From contig NC_134028.1 of the NCBI RefSeq assembly GCF_964204645.1, positions 12,695,263 through 12,759,262 on the forward strand: 64,000 bases of DNA. The letters run 5' to 3'. This DNA is from Tubulanus polymorphus. Its lineage: Eukaryota; Animalia; Nemertea. Under the pieces are notes generated by a model, which ran no database searches, was not told where the DNA came from, and saw only the letters and a program-made list of their open reading frames with translations. Position 1 is the stretch's first letter. Every line of letters begins with the position of its first letter. Below are positions 1 through 14,098 of this stretch, one piece after another. The translations under genes were made by a program, and so were the position numbers.

Positions 1-1154
1 GCTGTTTGCCGCAAATAGATTGCTTCCTCTATTACAGGAGTAAAGGATGATACAGCTCTGTGACCCGTTTCTCAAAAGATAGTTTAAATTAGACTTACAG
101 CTTTCTCTATTGGTTAGCGTTGTGATCACTCAAAATTAACCATAAGTTTGAATTCTCACTGATCTACTACATCTCTATAACAAAAATATATTTCATATCA
201 GGCAATTAGCTTTGATCTGTGGACAGCAGCTACGAAACATTTAAAACTACTACATTATCATTCCATCTATTCATGTATATATAATATGATATGATATCTT
301 CTTTGTTCAGTTTAAAAGTCTTGATCGTAAAAGTTTGACAAGTCTCGCATGTTGGTACCGATACGCACGTTCACGCGAGTGAAATGTGCACGTTACAGGC
401 TCAAATGCGCACGTTACAATTACAAATGGAAACGTTGTTCGTTCAAAACCCTACGTAAAAATCTTATGCATTTTAGCGGAATTTCAAAGTTAGCTCGCTA
501 CCTACAACAAAAATCGGACAAGACTTTTTCAAGCGACACATTTAAATGTAAGAGCTAGTAGTACCAACGAAGGATTCACTAAACATATAAATTACTTATG
601 GGGGTTCTGGTTAGCACTGGTAACTGGTCTGTAATGGTCAAGCATTGGTCAGTTAAACAATTTTTAGATTAATTCCCACATCCTATCTAGTTATTTGACA
701 CCAAACAACTTAATTGTTTGCAAACAAATAATTTACTATATGGTCAGTACTGGTCATGCATTGGTCAGTTAAAAGACCATGGTCCACGCCACATTCGATA
801 CCAAACATGATTGGATTGTGTCGTTTCGAAAATGTATCTGTTGGGCAATTAGTGGTCAGCCCTGGTTCGTTAGGTTCTTATTTTGCGGGCATTTTATCTC
901 GAACCACCGAAAGACCGAATCACTAATTAATTCACCAGATCGTTAATTGCTGAAAATGAAGATTAGTGTTTAACTAATAGTCCTTGTCTGAACAAAATGT
1001 CTCTGGTATGGGTCCTATGGAATCATGTCCTTAACTGTACACCGTACTGTATCTTTGTACTGTATCTTTTTATGTTCACTACTACCGTAATTGACTATGA
1101 TGTTTTCAAGTGGTCTTAAGTACCGCTAATAGCCGAAAGTCGTTGATTTATGTT

Positions 1155-4100
1155 TTACGATTACGATTACGATTTATTTACACTCCAACCATTTCCATGG
1201 TATATGGAGGAAAACTATTACACATGTATATACAAATATTTACAAAACAACACTGAAATGATTAAAATTTAGAGAATGAAAACGTAACGAAATATATATA
1301 TACATCAACTATTTACAATACTATATATACTATTAAATACATCAACTATTTACAATACTATATATACTATTGGAGGGATCTATATACATCTAAGCCGGTC
1401 TTAATGAATTTAGCTAAGTTGACCGTTGGGTTTTTCAGAATATCAAGGGTATTTAAGGTATTCAAATTCAAAAAGTTTTTGCGTTGTTCGTTAAGTAAGG
1501 TACAGTCAAACAGAAAATGGGATTCGTCACCTAAAGTATTACAAGTGGGGCATATTCTATCGGCTCTGTCTAAATGAAGGTTTGAAAATTTGTTCACAGG
1601 TAAAATATAGGACCCGACCCTAAATTCAAATAAACTAGTTCCTAAGTCATCACCAAGTTCTATTATATACTTCTCTAACCTAATATCATTTTTATATTGC
1701 CTAAAGTTAGTGTATATCGGATTAGTATTTATGGCAGATACAGTTTCTTGAAGGTGCTGGTCACGGAGTATCTGTTTTATTCGTTTTGAAAAAGATTTAC
1801 TGTTAGTCATGAATTGCTGAGTCCAAATGCAGGACAAACCACAGTCATCAAACGTTTTCTTTATATATGATAACCAAGGGCTCTTAAATTTATCCCTTAA
1901 AAATAAATTGAAAGATATTTTATAGAGTATTGAATTAAGTTTGGTTTGCTTTCCAGATACTGTTTAACCCAAAAGTTAATCATCCTGCGTCTAACATCTA
2001 TATTCAAAGGGTAACGTCCTAGCTCTGATAAAACTTGTAAGTTGCGAGAATATTTCGTCACTTTCATTAAGATTTTACAGAAGAAGCAATAAATATTTTC
2101 TAATAAATCAAGATTTTCGTATCCCCAGATCTCACACCCATACATGGCTATTGGAGCAACACACGTATCAAATAATTTAAACATAACATCTATGGGCAAT
2201 TTCAAACGTCTGCCTTTTTGAACGATCGAAAACATAGCTCTGATAGCTTTATCGTAAAGATACTTTTTTGCCTTAGCAAAGTTACCATTCCAATTGAGTT
2301 TTACTCCGAGATAAACATAATCTTCAACTACCTCTAACTCTTGATCACCAAACATAAATTTCGAAATCGTTTTTATCCGGGATTTACTTGGCGCAAATAC
2401 TAGTACTTTATTTTTCTCTGAGTTAACGGTGAGACCATTAGCCGCGCAATATTCAAATAAGGTATCTAAGTGTAGCTGAAGGGATTCCGCATCCTCACCA
2501 AGAATAACTGTATCATCTGCGTATAGTATTATGAATAAATTCAGTAAAGTATCAATATCCTGATCACGATTCAAATTTAGTTTTTCTATAAATGACAAAG
2601 TCGGTTTTCCACGATCAATGAAAAATTCTTCAATGTCGTTTAAGAATAACGAAAAGAGGATAGGTGAGATTTTCGCCTTGTCTTAAGCCTCTATCAGCTG
2701 CAAAGTATTGTGACATGCAACCATTTAATTTAACACATGATTTTATGGAGTTATACATATTTTTGACTACATTGAAAAAAATTCCATTAACACTGTTAGC
2801 AATTAATTTTCGCCATAACGTTACCCTACAAATCGAGTCGAAAGCTTTCTTAAAATCAACAAAGGCGCAAAAAAGTCTTCTTCCCTGACAAAGATACAGC
2901 TCTACGATTGTTTTAAGCGTGTAAATATGATCAATGGTGGAATATTTCGATCTAAAGCCAGCCTGGGCCTCACTTATAATGTGATTCGTATCTAGGAATG
3001 TTGACAATCTTTGATTTAGGATACTTGTAAATAATTTACCAAGACAGCTAACTAAGGTAATACCTCTATAATTATCAGGATTAGAGGGATCGCCATTCTT
3101 TTTGAAAATGGCTTTGATGACGCCTATAGACCACATCTCTGGAACATATCCTGTTTTAAGAACTAAATTGAATAATTTTTGTAATATATCAACTAAAAAC
3201 GGATACTGACTAACTCCCAACAGCTCATTCGTGATTCCATCAATGCCTGGGGCCTTATTGTTTTTGAGTAAAGAGATAGCCTTAATTACCTCATCACTGG
3301 TTATATCACTGTTCAAAATATAATTGTCATAGACAGGATGGTCACCCACGTCTGGGGGCTCATCACCGTCATAGGTTTCATTGTTAACATTATTCAAATC
3401 ATTTAATCTCATAAAATGTTCAAGAAAAATATCAATATTTTTATTAGCCTCATTATTTTTTGTTCCGCTCGCAGAGTTTAGCATCGACCAATACTTTTTT
3501 GGGTTATTAATTTCGCATTCTCTCAATTCCTTAATAAATTCATCCTTTTGTTTCTTCTTATTTCCTCGGATGACCTTTTAATAGTTTTTAGACGAGTTCT
3601 TAAGGGATTCAAAATTGGAAGGGGTAGGGCAACCACTATATCTTTTTTTCATATAATTATATTTCTTCTGTGCATCTCTACAGTCCCTGCCAAACCATCT
3701 GTTGCGGACCGGTTTTTGCAGTTATTACTTTTCCTACTTTTTCTATGGTACATCAAATTACACTCATCAGCACTTGATAATAAAGAAGATACAAATCTAT
3801 CGGTAAGTCCATTAATGTCATCTGGCGATTGATTTCCTAGATCTTGCAACCCGTCCAATAATAACTTATCTAAATCATTATCTCGTAATCTTGATTCTAC
3901 ATTCAGGAAAAATTGATTTGATCTAGTACTGTCCCACCTAATTGAAGTGTTAAAGTTCGCGTGTTCATTACCCCTTTCATTATCGCTAGCAATGGTGTCC
4001 CTAGAATTCGTATACACGCACAGATTAATAGGATTATGTCCATCAGATAATAATGGGTCAAAAGGCATTATTTCAAAGTCCTCAACATAACCAAACAGTT

Positions 4101-4755
4101 CTAAATCACACACAAAATAATCGATGACACTAGTGTTCCTAAAAGTATAATTACCTGTCTGATCATTGCCATTGAGGATAAATATTGAATGGTTCTTACA
4201 CAAATCTATTAGTTGATAGCCTGTATTATTCTTTCTTTTGTCCTGATTATTTCTAGTTGTGGGAACGCCTAAATTAATCAATGAGTCAACAATAGGGTCT
4301 AAGTTATCATCTTGAATTATCTGATTATCAGGTTCCAAAAAGTCTGGCATACAAGCGGTGTGAGCATTAAAGTCACCAGAAATTAACACATTGAAATCAT
4401 ACTCAACTTTCAATTGCAATAACTCTATTTCAATTTCTCTGATAGCTATTTCTGAATAATAACGACTATTTTCTGGAGGAATATAAATTACACCTAAAAG
4501 TACATGTTTGTCGCGATTAAATAAATCTTTATCTAATAAATACCAAGATACAAACTGAGAGTCAGTGGAAATTGGTTTTATTTTATTTTTCATGAACTTC
4601 CTATATATGATACCGACGCCACCTGATCCTTTTTTTGAAAACTTTTTCCTATTTTTAAAGTGCGCCATATGGGAGGCGGGCAAGCTACAACCTAAATTAC
4701 CGTCTAAATCATCTAAGTGAGTTTCAGTTAGACATGTGATGTCATTATTGCTAAT
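1155..4755 (-). mobile_element. Non-LTR retrotransposon (RTE-X-like LINE), copy 1; 5'-truncated, ORF2 frameshifted
   Basis: Minus-strand ORFs: 3649-4809 APE endonuclease (LTETHL, GGVGI, GDFNAH, SVIDY, SDGH); 2630-3526 RT N-part (NYRGITL, QAGFR, FVDFKKAFD, GLRQGE); 1897-2598 (LYADD); 1367-1837 with C-terminal CPTC..GDESHFLFDC Zn knuckle. 3' end has AATAAA plus an (ATCGTA)n tail at ~1155-1180. Identity to copy 2 stops at 4755. The clade is inferred from motifs. Confidence 0.9.
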
Positions 4756-4769
4756 TATGTGAAATTTAC

Positions 4770-5030
4770 ATACAGCGCCACCCGTTGATAGTAAAACTAA
4801 CCCGAGCAATACGGGTGTTAAGTAGATACGCTAGCAAACCGGCATTCTCATAATGTGTCAGATCAAACATCATACCGCATCCCCGCAAAAATTGGTAGTT
4901 CAGCAAACCGGAGCTTTCATTTGCCTATCTAGACTACCCCGCCAGTACGGGTAGCCGAGCAAACCGGAAAACTCATAATGCGAGCAAACCGGAAAACTCG
5001 TAATGCAGGATTACCCACGTTGGAGCAGTA
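4770..5030. repeat. Short repeat cluster (AGCAAACCGG motif x4, small CCCG..CGGG palindromes), probably a MITE fragment
   Basis: AGCAAACCGG near 4833, 4902, 4958 and 4983; cccgagcaatacggg and cccgccagtacggg mini-palindromes. Confidence 0.4.
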
Positions 5031-5241
5031 ACGAATCTTGAATTGAATTAATGGGCGGTCCAGGAATTCCGTACATATCTGCAATACCGTAGGCCTACAG
5101 TACGGTGTTTTCCCTACTTTATTACTGCAAAACATGAGTTTTAATGTGAAAGATAACAGTTCAATAAATGAGGATTTGAATTTGAATTTTCGGAGCCCCC
5201 CGCGGGCGCTTGTGCTGCCATCTCATTCGGCAATTTCTGGT

Positions 5242-5267
5242 CCCTTTACTTCCGTTAAAAGAATACG
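5242..5267 (+). promoter_or_regulatory. RPL38: Probable non-coding exon 1 / TCT-5'TOP start site of RPL38
   Basis: Pyrimidine tract ccctttacttcc followed by a GTATGT donor at 5268. The ATG exon at 10386 has an acceptor, so an upstream exon is required. Ribosomal protein mRNAs typically start in an oligopyrimidine tract. No transcript evidence. Confidence 0.55.
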
Positions 5268-5480
5268 GTATGTGTTGATGTCCTGTTTCTTTAATTTCAA
5301 TCCGCTATCATCTGAATTTTGAAATGTGTAAACATATTTTTCTGCCATAAATCAAAAAGTGCATCGTTTTTATTCATTAATAGATATCTCACCAAATATA
5401 TTGAAAACAAGATGACAAGATATGATTGTCGATTATGTACAGTTCTCGATGCTCATTATTGTTTATGTGTAGGGTGGTGA

Positions 5481-6685
5481 CACTGGGGCTCGTATCAGAG
5501 TTGTAGGTAATGTAAAAACGATAATCTGTTAATCCAATGTCTATAGTATATGAAATAACAAGGGGGCTGACGACGCTCATAAACTACTCAACTGCAGTCG
5601 CTTACTATTTCGTTATTTCTCATCCAATTTTGATAATCCAGGCGTGATATGAAAGCTAATAGCTTCCTGCTTCTAACGAAACTAAACCCGTTAACTTCCA
5701 ATGAAAAGTTCGTGAATTGTATGTCTTTGAACACGAAATTAGGGCCTAAATTGCCTGGACCAAAAATGCTATGTCACGGTTTTTGCCGATTTCAAAATTC
5801 AAAACGTTGAGTTCGACACGAAATCCTTTACCGATTTTGATGGTCGAGGGCTTTAAATGCGCTAAAAATTCTATATTTTTTAAATATTTTTGTTGTTTTG
5901 TTAATCCATCTTCCTATCTTCCAGCTTTGCAAACGCGAATTTTCTGATTTTACGTCAATTCACAAACTCCATGCGCGATATCAAAATTGCGACTGTCATC
6001 TACAATGCTTAGCGCAATGCCGAACCGAAATGAATTTTATTTCCAATTTATTTTCTGTGTATATTTACGCGAAATTCAGAATCTATTATAATCTGATCAT
6101 GTTTTTTCTAGCTTAAATAAGATAAAACATTATTTGATTGAATTGTTACGAAATAAAATTCACGCGGCAAGTTCAAGGTCGCCATCTTGAGATTGCGTGT
6201 CGAGTGCGTGAATTGACGTAAAATCGGAAAATTTGTGTTTGCAAAGCTGGAAAATATGGATTAACGAAACAACCGCAATATCCAGAAAATATAGAGTGTT
6301 TTGCGCATTCGAAGCGCTCGACCATCAAAATCGGTGAATGATTTCGTGTCGAACTCAACGTTTTAAATTTTGAAATCGGCAAAAACCAGTGTCATAGCAT
6401 TTTCGGTCCAGGCGATTTCTGCCATAATTTCGCGTTCAAAAACATATAATTCAAGAACTATTCATTGGAAGTTAACAGGATTAGTTTCGTTAGAAGCAGG
6501 AAGCTATTAGCTTTCATATCATGCCTGGATTATCAAAATCGGATGAGAAATAACGAAATAGTAAGCGACTGAAGTTGAGTAGTTAGTGAGCGTCGTTAAC
6601 CCCCTTGTTATTGTATATATACTATAGACTGGATTAACAGATTATCGTTTTTACATTACCTACAACTCTCATACAAGCCCCTGTA
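5481..6685. mobile_element. Foldback MITE with ~500-bp inverted arms and 8-bp TSD (P/hAT-type non-autonomous element)
   Basis: 5481-~5960 is the diverged reverse complement of ~6220-6685; GGTGGTGA flanks both ends (5473-5480, 6686-6693). Confidence 0.8.
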
Positions 6686-7089
6686 GGTGGTGATACGGAA
6701 TCTGATCATCTGATTTGCGATATACGTAGGCCTAAATAAACGAGTATCATCCGTTATTTAAGCCCACCATGAGTATTTAGCAGAAGGCATTAACACTGGT
6801 CACTTGACTGGGTGGGTGCATAGGGACCTGACAAAAAAATTTTCGGCCCCAGTATCATTGGTACTATATATATAAAGACAAGGGAGCAAACCTCGTGAGA
6901 TCGGTATGTCACTTCAACAGTTCGTAACTTCGTTATTGATAATTCAATCCGCTTCAAGTAAGATTATTCTTAAAGATAACGAATTTCTGCGTTAGACTGG
7001 GTGGTTTGAGAAAGATTTGAGTGCCTTTGAGATAGTTAAATTGTTCGATTAATCCGAAAAAATCTGCAAAATCTATCTGTACCGCACCA

Positions 7090-7743
7090 GCCTGGAAGAA
7101 AATATGACCATGATTTTTGAAAACAAACGGCGCTTTCGACCAGAAATTCTGAACCGATTTTTACAAACGAGGGCTTTTTGGAAAGCTTAGACTCGGATCT
7201 TACCTCTGCATATCGTTATTTCTGATTAAAATGATAATCCTGTCTGTAGCGAACGCAAAATTTGACCGAGATTGAAAACGGGTTTCAAAATCGCGACACA
7301 GCGGCCATTAATCATAGCTCCACGCTTAATACGAAAATTTAGAATTCAAATAAAAAACTTTTGACGCGGAAACACATCCCAAATTAGACAAAATATCTTG
7401 CATTTATGTAATTAATCTAAGAATATTTGTTTCGCGTTGTAGTTATTCTTAAAATGCGCAAAAATATGATTAGAAAATATCGCGTGATAGCATTGAGTGC
7501 GGTACTCATCAGCTGGCTCCACCATGCGGCGACCGCGATAATTAGAGGAGCCGTTTTCAATCTCTGCCCGGTTTTATATTCCCTATAAACAGGATTATCA
7601 ATTAAAACGGAAATAACAATGCTCAGAAGTAAGTTCAGGGTCCAATCTTTCCAAAAAGTCCTCGTTTGTAAAAAATCGGTTCAAACTTTCTGGTCCAAAG
7701 CACAGTTTATTTTCAAAAATCATGGTCATATTTATTCCCAGGC
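7090..7743. mobile_element. MITE with ~190-bp degenerate terminal inverted repeats
   Basis: 7090-7281 (gcctggaagaaaatatgaccatgatttttgaaaa...) pairs with 7551-7743 (...ttttcaaaaatcatggtcatatttattcccaggc). No clear TSD. Confidence 0.7.
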
Positions 7744-8044
7744 AACAGCTGACGATGTAAAGACTGGTAACCAGGTACCACATGGTGGCAGCACTTGACG
7801 GCCCAATTTCGGTTGTTGGTTCGAGTCCTGGTACTTTTCATATTTTTATTATGAATCTACGAGCGTAGTCCTTCTAAAATCAATTTTATTTTACAATATT
7901 ATCTCATATTTATCAATGTAGCCTGCAATGAATTCACCTTAGAGTCTGGAACTCAACATCATAGTGATGACTTCCCGTACCAGTCCTTCGTATGCTGCTT
8001 CCAGCGTCATCGCTAAATTTGCGATTTTTGGTGATTTTTTGACA

Positions 8045-9139
8045 TTTTTAGCCCACTTGGGACTTTAGTCCCAGCGGGCTATTGCGTTCACTTTTCGTCC
8101 GTCGTCCGTCATAGCATCCGTCTGTAGACGGAATCCAGTTATTTTGGGAAGTTCTGAAGACGCTTCAAGGTATTGTCTTGATTTTTGGTTTATACTTGTA
8201 TCTACCCTAGACACAACTTCAGCCCAAAAACTGGCCCTGTCAGAATCAAGATGGCCGACTGGCAGCCATTGTTGTTCGTCAAAATCAGCACTTTTTACAC
8301 TTTTTCAGGAAAATTTTGAAGACGCTTAAATCAATTACCTTGATCTTCCGTAAATATTTCCCAAAGGCCCATCACCATAAGAAAAATTGCGTCGATGGGA
8401 CTCAAGATGGCCGTCCTATGACCTTTTTAGTGCCCAAAAATGTCAATTTTGGCCCAAATTCTGAGTCTTGTAGCTTCCTACTGGTTTGCCATTTCTCATT
8501 GCAATTTGTGAAGGGATTCTTTGGAAAGGGATGTTTTATACCTGAGCCAGGTATATTTGATCGGCCAATTATGACGCAATTGGCGGCCATCTTGGTATCA
8601 TCAGAACTCATTTGTAGGTGGGAAAAAGTTTTTCCACATTATATTGATACCTAAGCATATTTTGTTACCACAATCAATTGCAAAGTTGTAGCTCGTGACA
8701 TTGTCTATGTTTGTGGTGAGTTTTAAGGACGTTAGTTATTCTATATGGTAACCAGGGGGCGTTGAATAGTAGAATAACTTAGTATTTCCTTATTAGATTG
8801 GTACCTAGGCATATTTTGTTACCATGATCAATTGCAAAGTTGTAGTTGACATGTTCTATTATTGTGGTGACTTTCAAGGTCATTAGGTTTTGCATATGGT
8901 CACCAGGGGGCATTGAATAGTAGAATTACTTAGTATTTTCAGATTAAAGTGGTAACAAGGCATATTTTGTTATCACAATCAATTACAAAATCGTAGCTGC
9001 TGACATGTTCTATGATTGTAGTGAGTTTCAAGGTCATTGGTTTTTGAATATGGTCACCAGGGGTTGTTGAATATTGAAATTGTTAGATTGTTGAGCATTC
9101 GACTTCCCATTGGGCATGGTGTCCCTGGACCTCTAGTTT
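8045..9139 (+). mobile_element. Helentron-associated (HINE/DINE-1-like) non-autonomous element with internal ~150-bp tandem repeats
   Basis: T-run start, subterminal cccacttggg hairpin, (CGTC)n microsatellite near 8096, three ~150-bp units at ~8650/8803/8953, and a 3' end tgggcatggtgtccctggacctctagtt. A 3' fragment recurs at ~10960-11050. Confidence 0.65.
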
Positions 9140-10408
9140 ATTTACAGAAAAATGTATTGTATAATCGATACAACAATAGGCTTTCAATTTGCAATCAACA
9201 TTCCCAAAGCATGTTTTTTTCGCAAAAATAAAATTATTGATGCTCAAAGCCTTGTACCTCCAAATGAGGGATGAAAATTAATGAGCACTTGTATGAGCAC
9301 TTTGGCCTAGAGGTTGTACTAGACTAGGTAACCTATTACGAGGGTGTCGGTATCGTGTTGTGTATGTTTACCGCGAACCAAAGCACGCCATTTTTACAGT
9401 CATTGACTTATCGAAAGATCCGATAAATGGGGTTAAATCCGCTGCAAAAAAAAGATCCAGCAATTTGTATTCAAGATTATTTCCGATTATATTGGGTTGA
9501 AAGGTGATAGAAGTTGATATTGAAAAGATTTTTGAATAATATTTTATTAATAATTCATTCGGATAGATTTATTTTACAAGGTGAATTAATATGCGGATGA
9601 CTAAATCACTCGGGTGTGAATGGGCACCTTGCACCAAGGGTCGGTACCGTAGCAGTCTTAAATTCCTTGTTTTTTGCTGGGAAAATCAGTGGGAATCTTT
9701 AACTTCGAAAGGTTGGCAGACAATGTCCTTGAAAGTCCTAATTTTTACAGGCAGACCGAAATTATCACCGAGTTGTATGACAGTGTGGCATGTGTTTATT
9801 CATTTAGGCTACTGCAGACGTATTGCGTAGCAGCTGTTGGCGTCTAGCCATACTACGCGAGGCAAGCGTGCGCTGGCAGATAACTAGTATCTCACACTGC
9901 ATACACTACAGTGACATAGTGGCATAGGCTCATATTGATGCGCACGTTATGAATACCTTTATCATAGATTTGCATTTAAGTTATTATCGGTCACATTATT
10001 ACTATTAAGACTTTGAAAGTGATATACATTGGTTTGTCGATCTTTTTGTACTATAATCGGCCATAACAAATCGATCTGACGTATTTGTCCCTGCCTACCA
10101 CTGTCTTGAGGCGCCCAGTTCCACCATAGTGTTAAGGGCAGTTGTGAAGCGAACAGATCTGCCTAATTAAAAGAGTAAGAATGATCAATGTAATATGTTT
10201 TCATTGATATAATTTTAAAAAAATTTGCCTTGAGAGCACAGGACCATTGGTCCTCTAGTTGAAAATATGGTTTTTGCCAGTTTGATTATTAGGAATATTC
10301 CGCGCATAGCTAGATCTCAAGTAATCGTGAAAGGGTTCCTCATTGTTTTCAAAGTCTTACAATTATATTGCTTTTCATTTTACAGGATAAACAGAAGAGT
10401 CATTGAAA

Positions 10409-10411
10409 ATG
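10409..10411 (+). CDS. RPL38: 60S ribosomal protein L38, start-codon exon (exon 10386-10411)
   Basis: ttttcattttacAG acceptor ending 10385; exon ends in ATG followed by a GTAAGT donor at 10412; phase fits the next exon. Confidence 0.8.
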
Positions 10412-10648
10412 GTAAGTAAATTTAGAATATTAGATTTTAATTGATCTGTTAGAGCATGCAGGCATTGTTGATGCTTCATGTCTGGTAGGGAGTTGGTGAC
10501 GTGGAATAGGGGCCTATACAGGGTTCGTAGCGGGCCTTGAAATCCTTGAATAGCCTTGAATTGTCTAAAGGAAATGGCCTTGAATATAGCACTTTGGTCT
10601 TGAAAATTGATTTTAGGGCCTTGAATTTCGAAAATGTTGGAAATCTGT

Positions 10649-10956
10649 ATGTGACCTCGTATGAATTTTATTTGAATATTTTTTCATATCGTGAAAAATA
10701 TTTTTTTGAAAAAAAAAAATAGTTTCCAATGCCGCACCTACCTGTACCTTACAAAATTTTGGACGTAGACCATAAACAAATGTTTATCTTTGGTCTTATT
10801 TGACTATAAAATAATTCTTTAAGAAAGATAAAATACAATATAAACTTCTAGAACTATGAAGTCACAAATTAAAATGATTTTTTCAGCAATGCCCCTTACT
10901 CCAAACAAACTCTGGCATTCAAGGTAAACCACACTTTGCGCATGGGCAATTTATTG
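10649..10956 (+). repeat. Dispersed ~300-370-bp repeat family A (other copies 25048-25398, 26745-27706 + 33642-33713, 48265-48549)
   Basis: Shared sequence atgaattttatttgaatattttttc...cctacctgta...ggtcttatttgacta...caatgccc...aaccacactttgcccatgggcaatttatt, with a 3' palindrome followed by TTTATT. Confidence 0.8.
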
Positions 10957-13475
10957 TTTATGGTCACCAGGGGGCGTTGGATATTGAAATTGTTAGTTGA
11001 GCATTTGAAAACAACTTCCCAAGTGGGCATGGTGTCCCTGGACCCCTAGTTACTTATTGTCTTCCGACGTTTTTTCATCATTTTGCTTATTCATCGTTTC
11101 ACCTTATTAGGGATCATTCATTTATTACGCAGGCATAAAATTTGAATTTTTCAACCCCCCTCCCATCTGCATGCAAAATCGGCCATATTTTCATATACAT
11201 TAAGCAATACAGTACGCAATTGCACTGACCCTGCCCCCTCCCCAAATGCGTACGTAATATATGAATGATCCCTTATCGTTTTACCTGTTCACTGTTTCAC
11301 CTTTCCATCGTTTCATCTTTTCCTCATCATTTCACTATGTTTTTAACATCATTTCATTACCTTGACTTTACATCATCTTTTCACTATCTTTCTAAGTAAT
11401 GCTATATCTTGGTGGTTATCGCCCGCCATAGGCTACGCGTACTAGTGTGCTCATGTCCTTGTGTTGATGATCATAAATAATATCATGAATAGCGCCACTG
11501 CGGGCGGTATGTGTACTAAAAGCATGGAGTGAAGGATAAATAAATGACAAATTTATGGCTAATTCGAGCTATTTTTCGATCAGTCACATCTCAGATCATT
11601 ATATATATACTAGTTTCTTTTGCCCTTTAAATGCTCCCGTAATAACGCGCCTCGCTTTCCACCCATGGCCACACTATTTACAATACATTCCTATAGTAAT
11701 GCATTGTTAGTTTGCTCCTTAATACTGCCATCCAGATTTAGTCTAACCAATTTTAATATTTAATTTTAATTTTTTTTGAATGAATTTAGTCTTTAGGCTA
11801 TGTGTCAGTGTACAATGCTTCAAGACAATCAATGAGACACTCCCTTACAGTTCACCAATTAGCGAACTTTCATTACAATGGTGTGGTCTTTTATACCATC
11901 ACTCACTGTTAGAATAGTTAAGTAACACTGTCGTCTATCCTGAGAGTAACGGGGTCAATAAAGCAGAGATGAGAATTCCCCACGGTTTTTTAGCAAAAAT
12001 AATATACATGTATACTTTTAATCGCGCTGCTGTTTTAATTCACCATTAATTAATTATTACTCACACAATCAGTTAGACATCTGTCAATTCGACACCTGTG
12101 ATAACAGTTTGTTTTGTAATTAATTGTGCGCTCAAACATGTCTGTCAACTTTTATAGTATTATATAAATAGAATGTAAATCCATGAACAGCAGTTGAGTT
12201 TGAGACGAGTCTTGGAGCCTGATAAATCTTGCAGGCAAATTCCCAAGCTACTCGATTGAGAATCTAAAGAATAAAATCGTCTACGTTTAGTGCTGAAAAC
12301 TACTAGCTTTCTCATTGTTGCATAACTCAGGATTTAATCGTAGCTGGAGCTTCCCCGAAAGACGAGTTAGAACAATTAGTTTTGTTTAAGTTTCCCACGA
12401 ATTTCAGTATTGAAAAATATCATTTTTCCAAATAGTCCAAAAAGGATGTAAAAGTATGGGGGTGGGTTGATGATGGTCTCACTCAGCAGGTCTGGCATGA
12501 TTGTTGGTAATAGGGTGAACAGGGTTTGAATTTCATGACGGCAATCGACGGCTTTTGCCGACTGTATTAGTACATAGCCATTGATCTATCTTTGTACCAA
12601 TGGCTTCAAAATGTCGACTTTTAAATTTCTTTAAAATGCCATTGACAATTTCAATCACTGACACCAGATTTTGTAATAGAAATTCTGTAAAATTTCTGAA
12701 CAGTTTACCATGAAATTGAAAGTCACAGGGGCTGATGCCTTAACTGTATGCCATACAGTGCTGCCACCTTGCAAAATTCCTGTGCTAGCACCAACTAATT
12801 CCGTACAGTGCTGTCACCTAACAAAAACAACTGCTATTGACATGAAATTTGATCTGAATTTTTAAACTTACAATACACAGTAGTCCCAATATTCATTCCT
12901 TCAGTAGTTTAATTTAATGGTCATGCACAGTGCCATATTCTATCATTGAGAAATTATAGATTATTAGAATATAACTATGTTATAAGTTCTTTCATACATT
13001 TAGAATCAATTATTCAATTTCAATCACATATCATTATGAACTTACCCAAATCTAATGATTTCATTTTTTAGTGTTTAATTTTTACAAATATTGTTGACAA
13101 TATTATAATTTATTTGATATACATTTAAATGATCAAGTCAAGAAACCAAATAACATTGACTTTCATATAGAATTAGTTTTCAATGTTCATGGAATACATA
13201 ATTAACCGGACATTGTTTTCAAGATAGGCACTTGCTGTGGTGAGTGCTAGACTTGCTGCGGATCGCTTCCGCCATCCACAGCATTTCTGAAAGCAACTTC
13301 CTGTGGATGACAAATTCTGGAATTTGGTCCCTGGGTGAACCGTAAAAGCGTTCACTGTCTGTTTCATTTATCGTCACGTATTGCATTGCATCACTGATTT
13401 TGTATCTGCTACGTTTAGGATGTGTATGTATTTCATCGATCGGTTGCAGACACGCGTGCGTGCAGCAACAGTAGT

Positions 13476-13790
13476 AATGTATAGGCCTATTACTGTTGCC
13501 ATGCGCGTACGTGGTGAACGCCCACAGATGTACACTGTGGTATACACGTTGATTTTTTAAGGCCGACCCATAATGCTTGAGTTGCTGATTGTCATCGAAT
13601 GAGGATATGCCACATTAAAAAGTCATTACCTTCCAAAATAGAATAGTCGGACATGAGTTCAAGATCGCTCTAAGTGCTCGTAAAACGCTTTTAATTTCTA
13701 AAATTTTCTTGGGGGAGGGCCCAGTCGGCTGGTTGCATGGGTACCTCAAAAGAAAACCGAGGTTTTAAAGGTCAGCGTTCTCATCTCTGA
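13476..13790 (+). repeat. Dispersed repeat B, probable DNA-transposon end (second copy 23277-23670)
   Basis: Both copies run from taggcctattactgttgcc to gcgttctcatctctga. Confidence 0.6.
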
Positions 13791-14037
13791 TTAAGGGCTA
13801 TCATTAGTTTCATCTGAGACCAACAGTGGGGAAGTAGTGCCCAAAGAATTCAATGAAAATGACGAGAATGTGATGATGGTGCTTTTCGTAATTATTTGGA
13901 GGATCCCATCAAGCATTTCTTTGTACCGCCAGTCTCGTTATAACGGCAAAATAAGCCACGTCCCAATGGTGGCTTTACAACGAGGTTTGACTACTTACAA
14001 ACACTTATTGAAGCTAAGTTGAAATTTTATTTTTCAG

Positions 14038-14098
14038 CCTCGTCAAATCAATGAAATTAAAGATTTCCTTCTTACTGCAAGGAGAAAGGATGCTAAAT
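14038..14098 (+). CDS. RPL38: 60S ribosomal protein L38, coding exon 2
   Basis: ttttcAG acceptor; encodes PRQINEIKDFLLTARRKDAK+t; GTAAGT donor at 14099. Confidence 0.97.

Noticed and set aside
349-900. 69-aa ORF and GCACGTT / GGTCAG motif clusters
   Set aside because: No recognisable domain; low-complexity repeat remnants.
7774-7833. tRNA-like sequence with B box GGTTCGAGTCC and a GGTACCA/TGGTACT stem
   Set aside because: Too short and lacks proper D and anticodon arms; at most a decayed SINE head.
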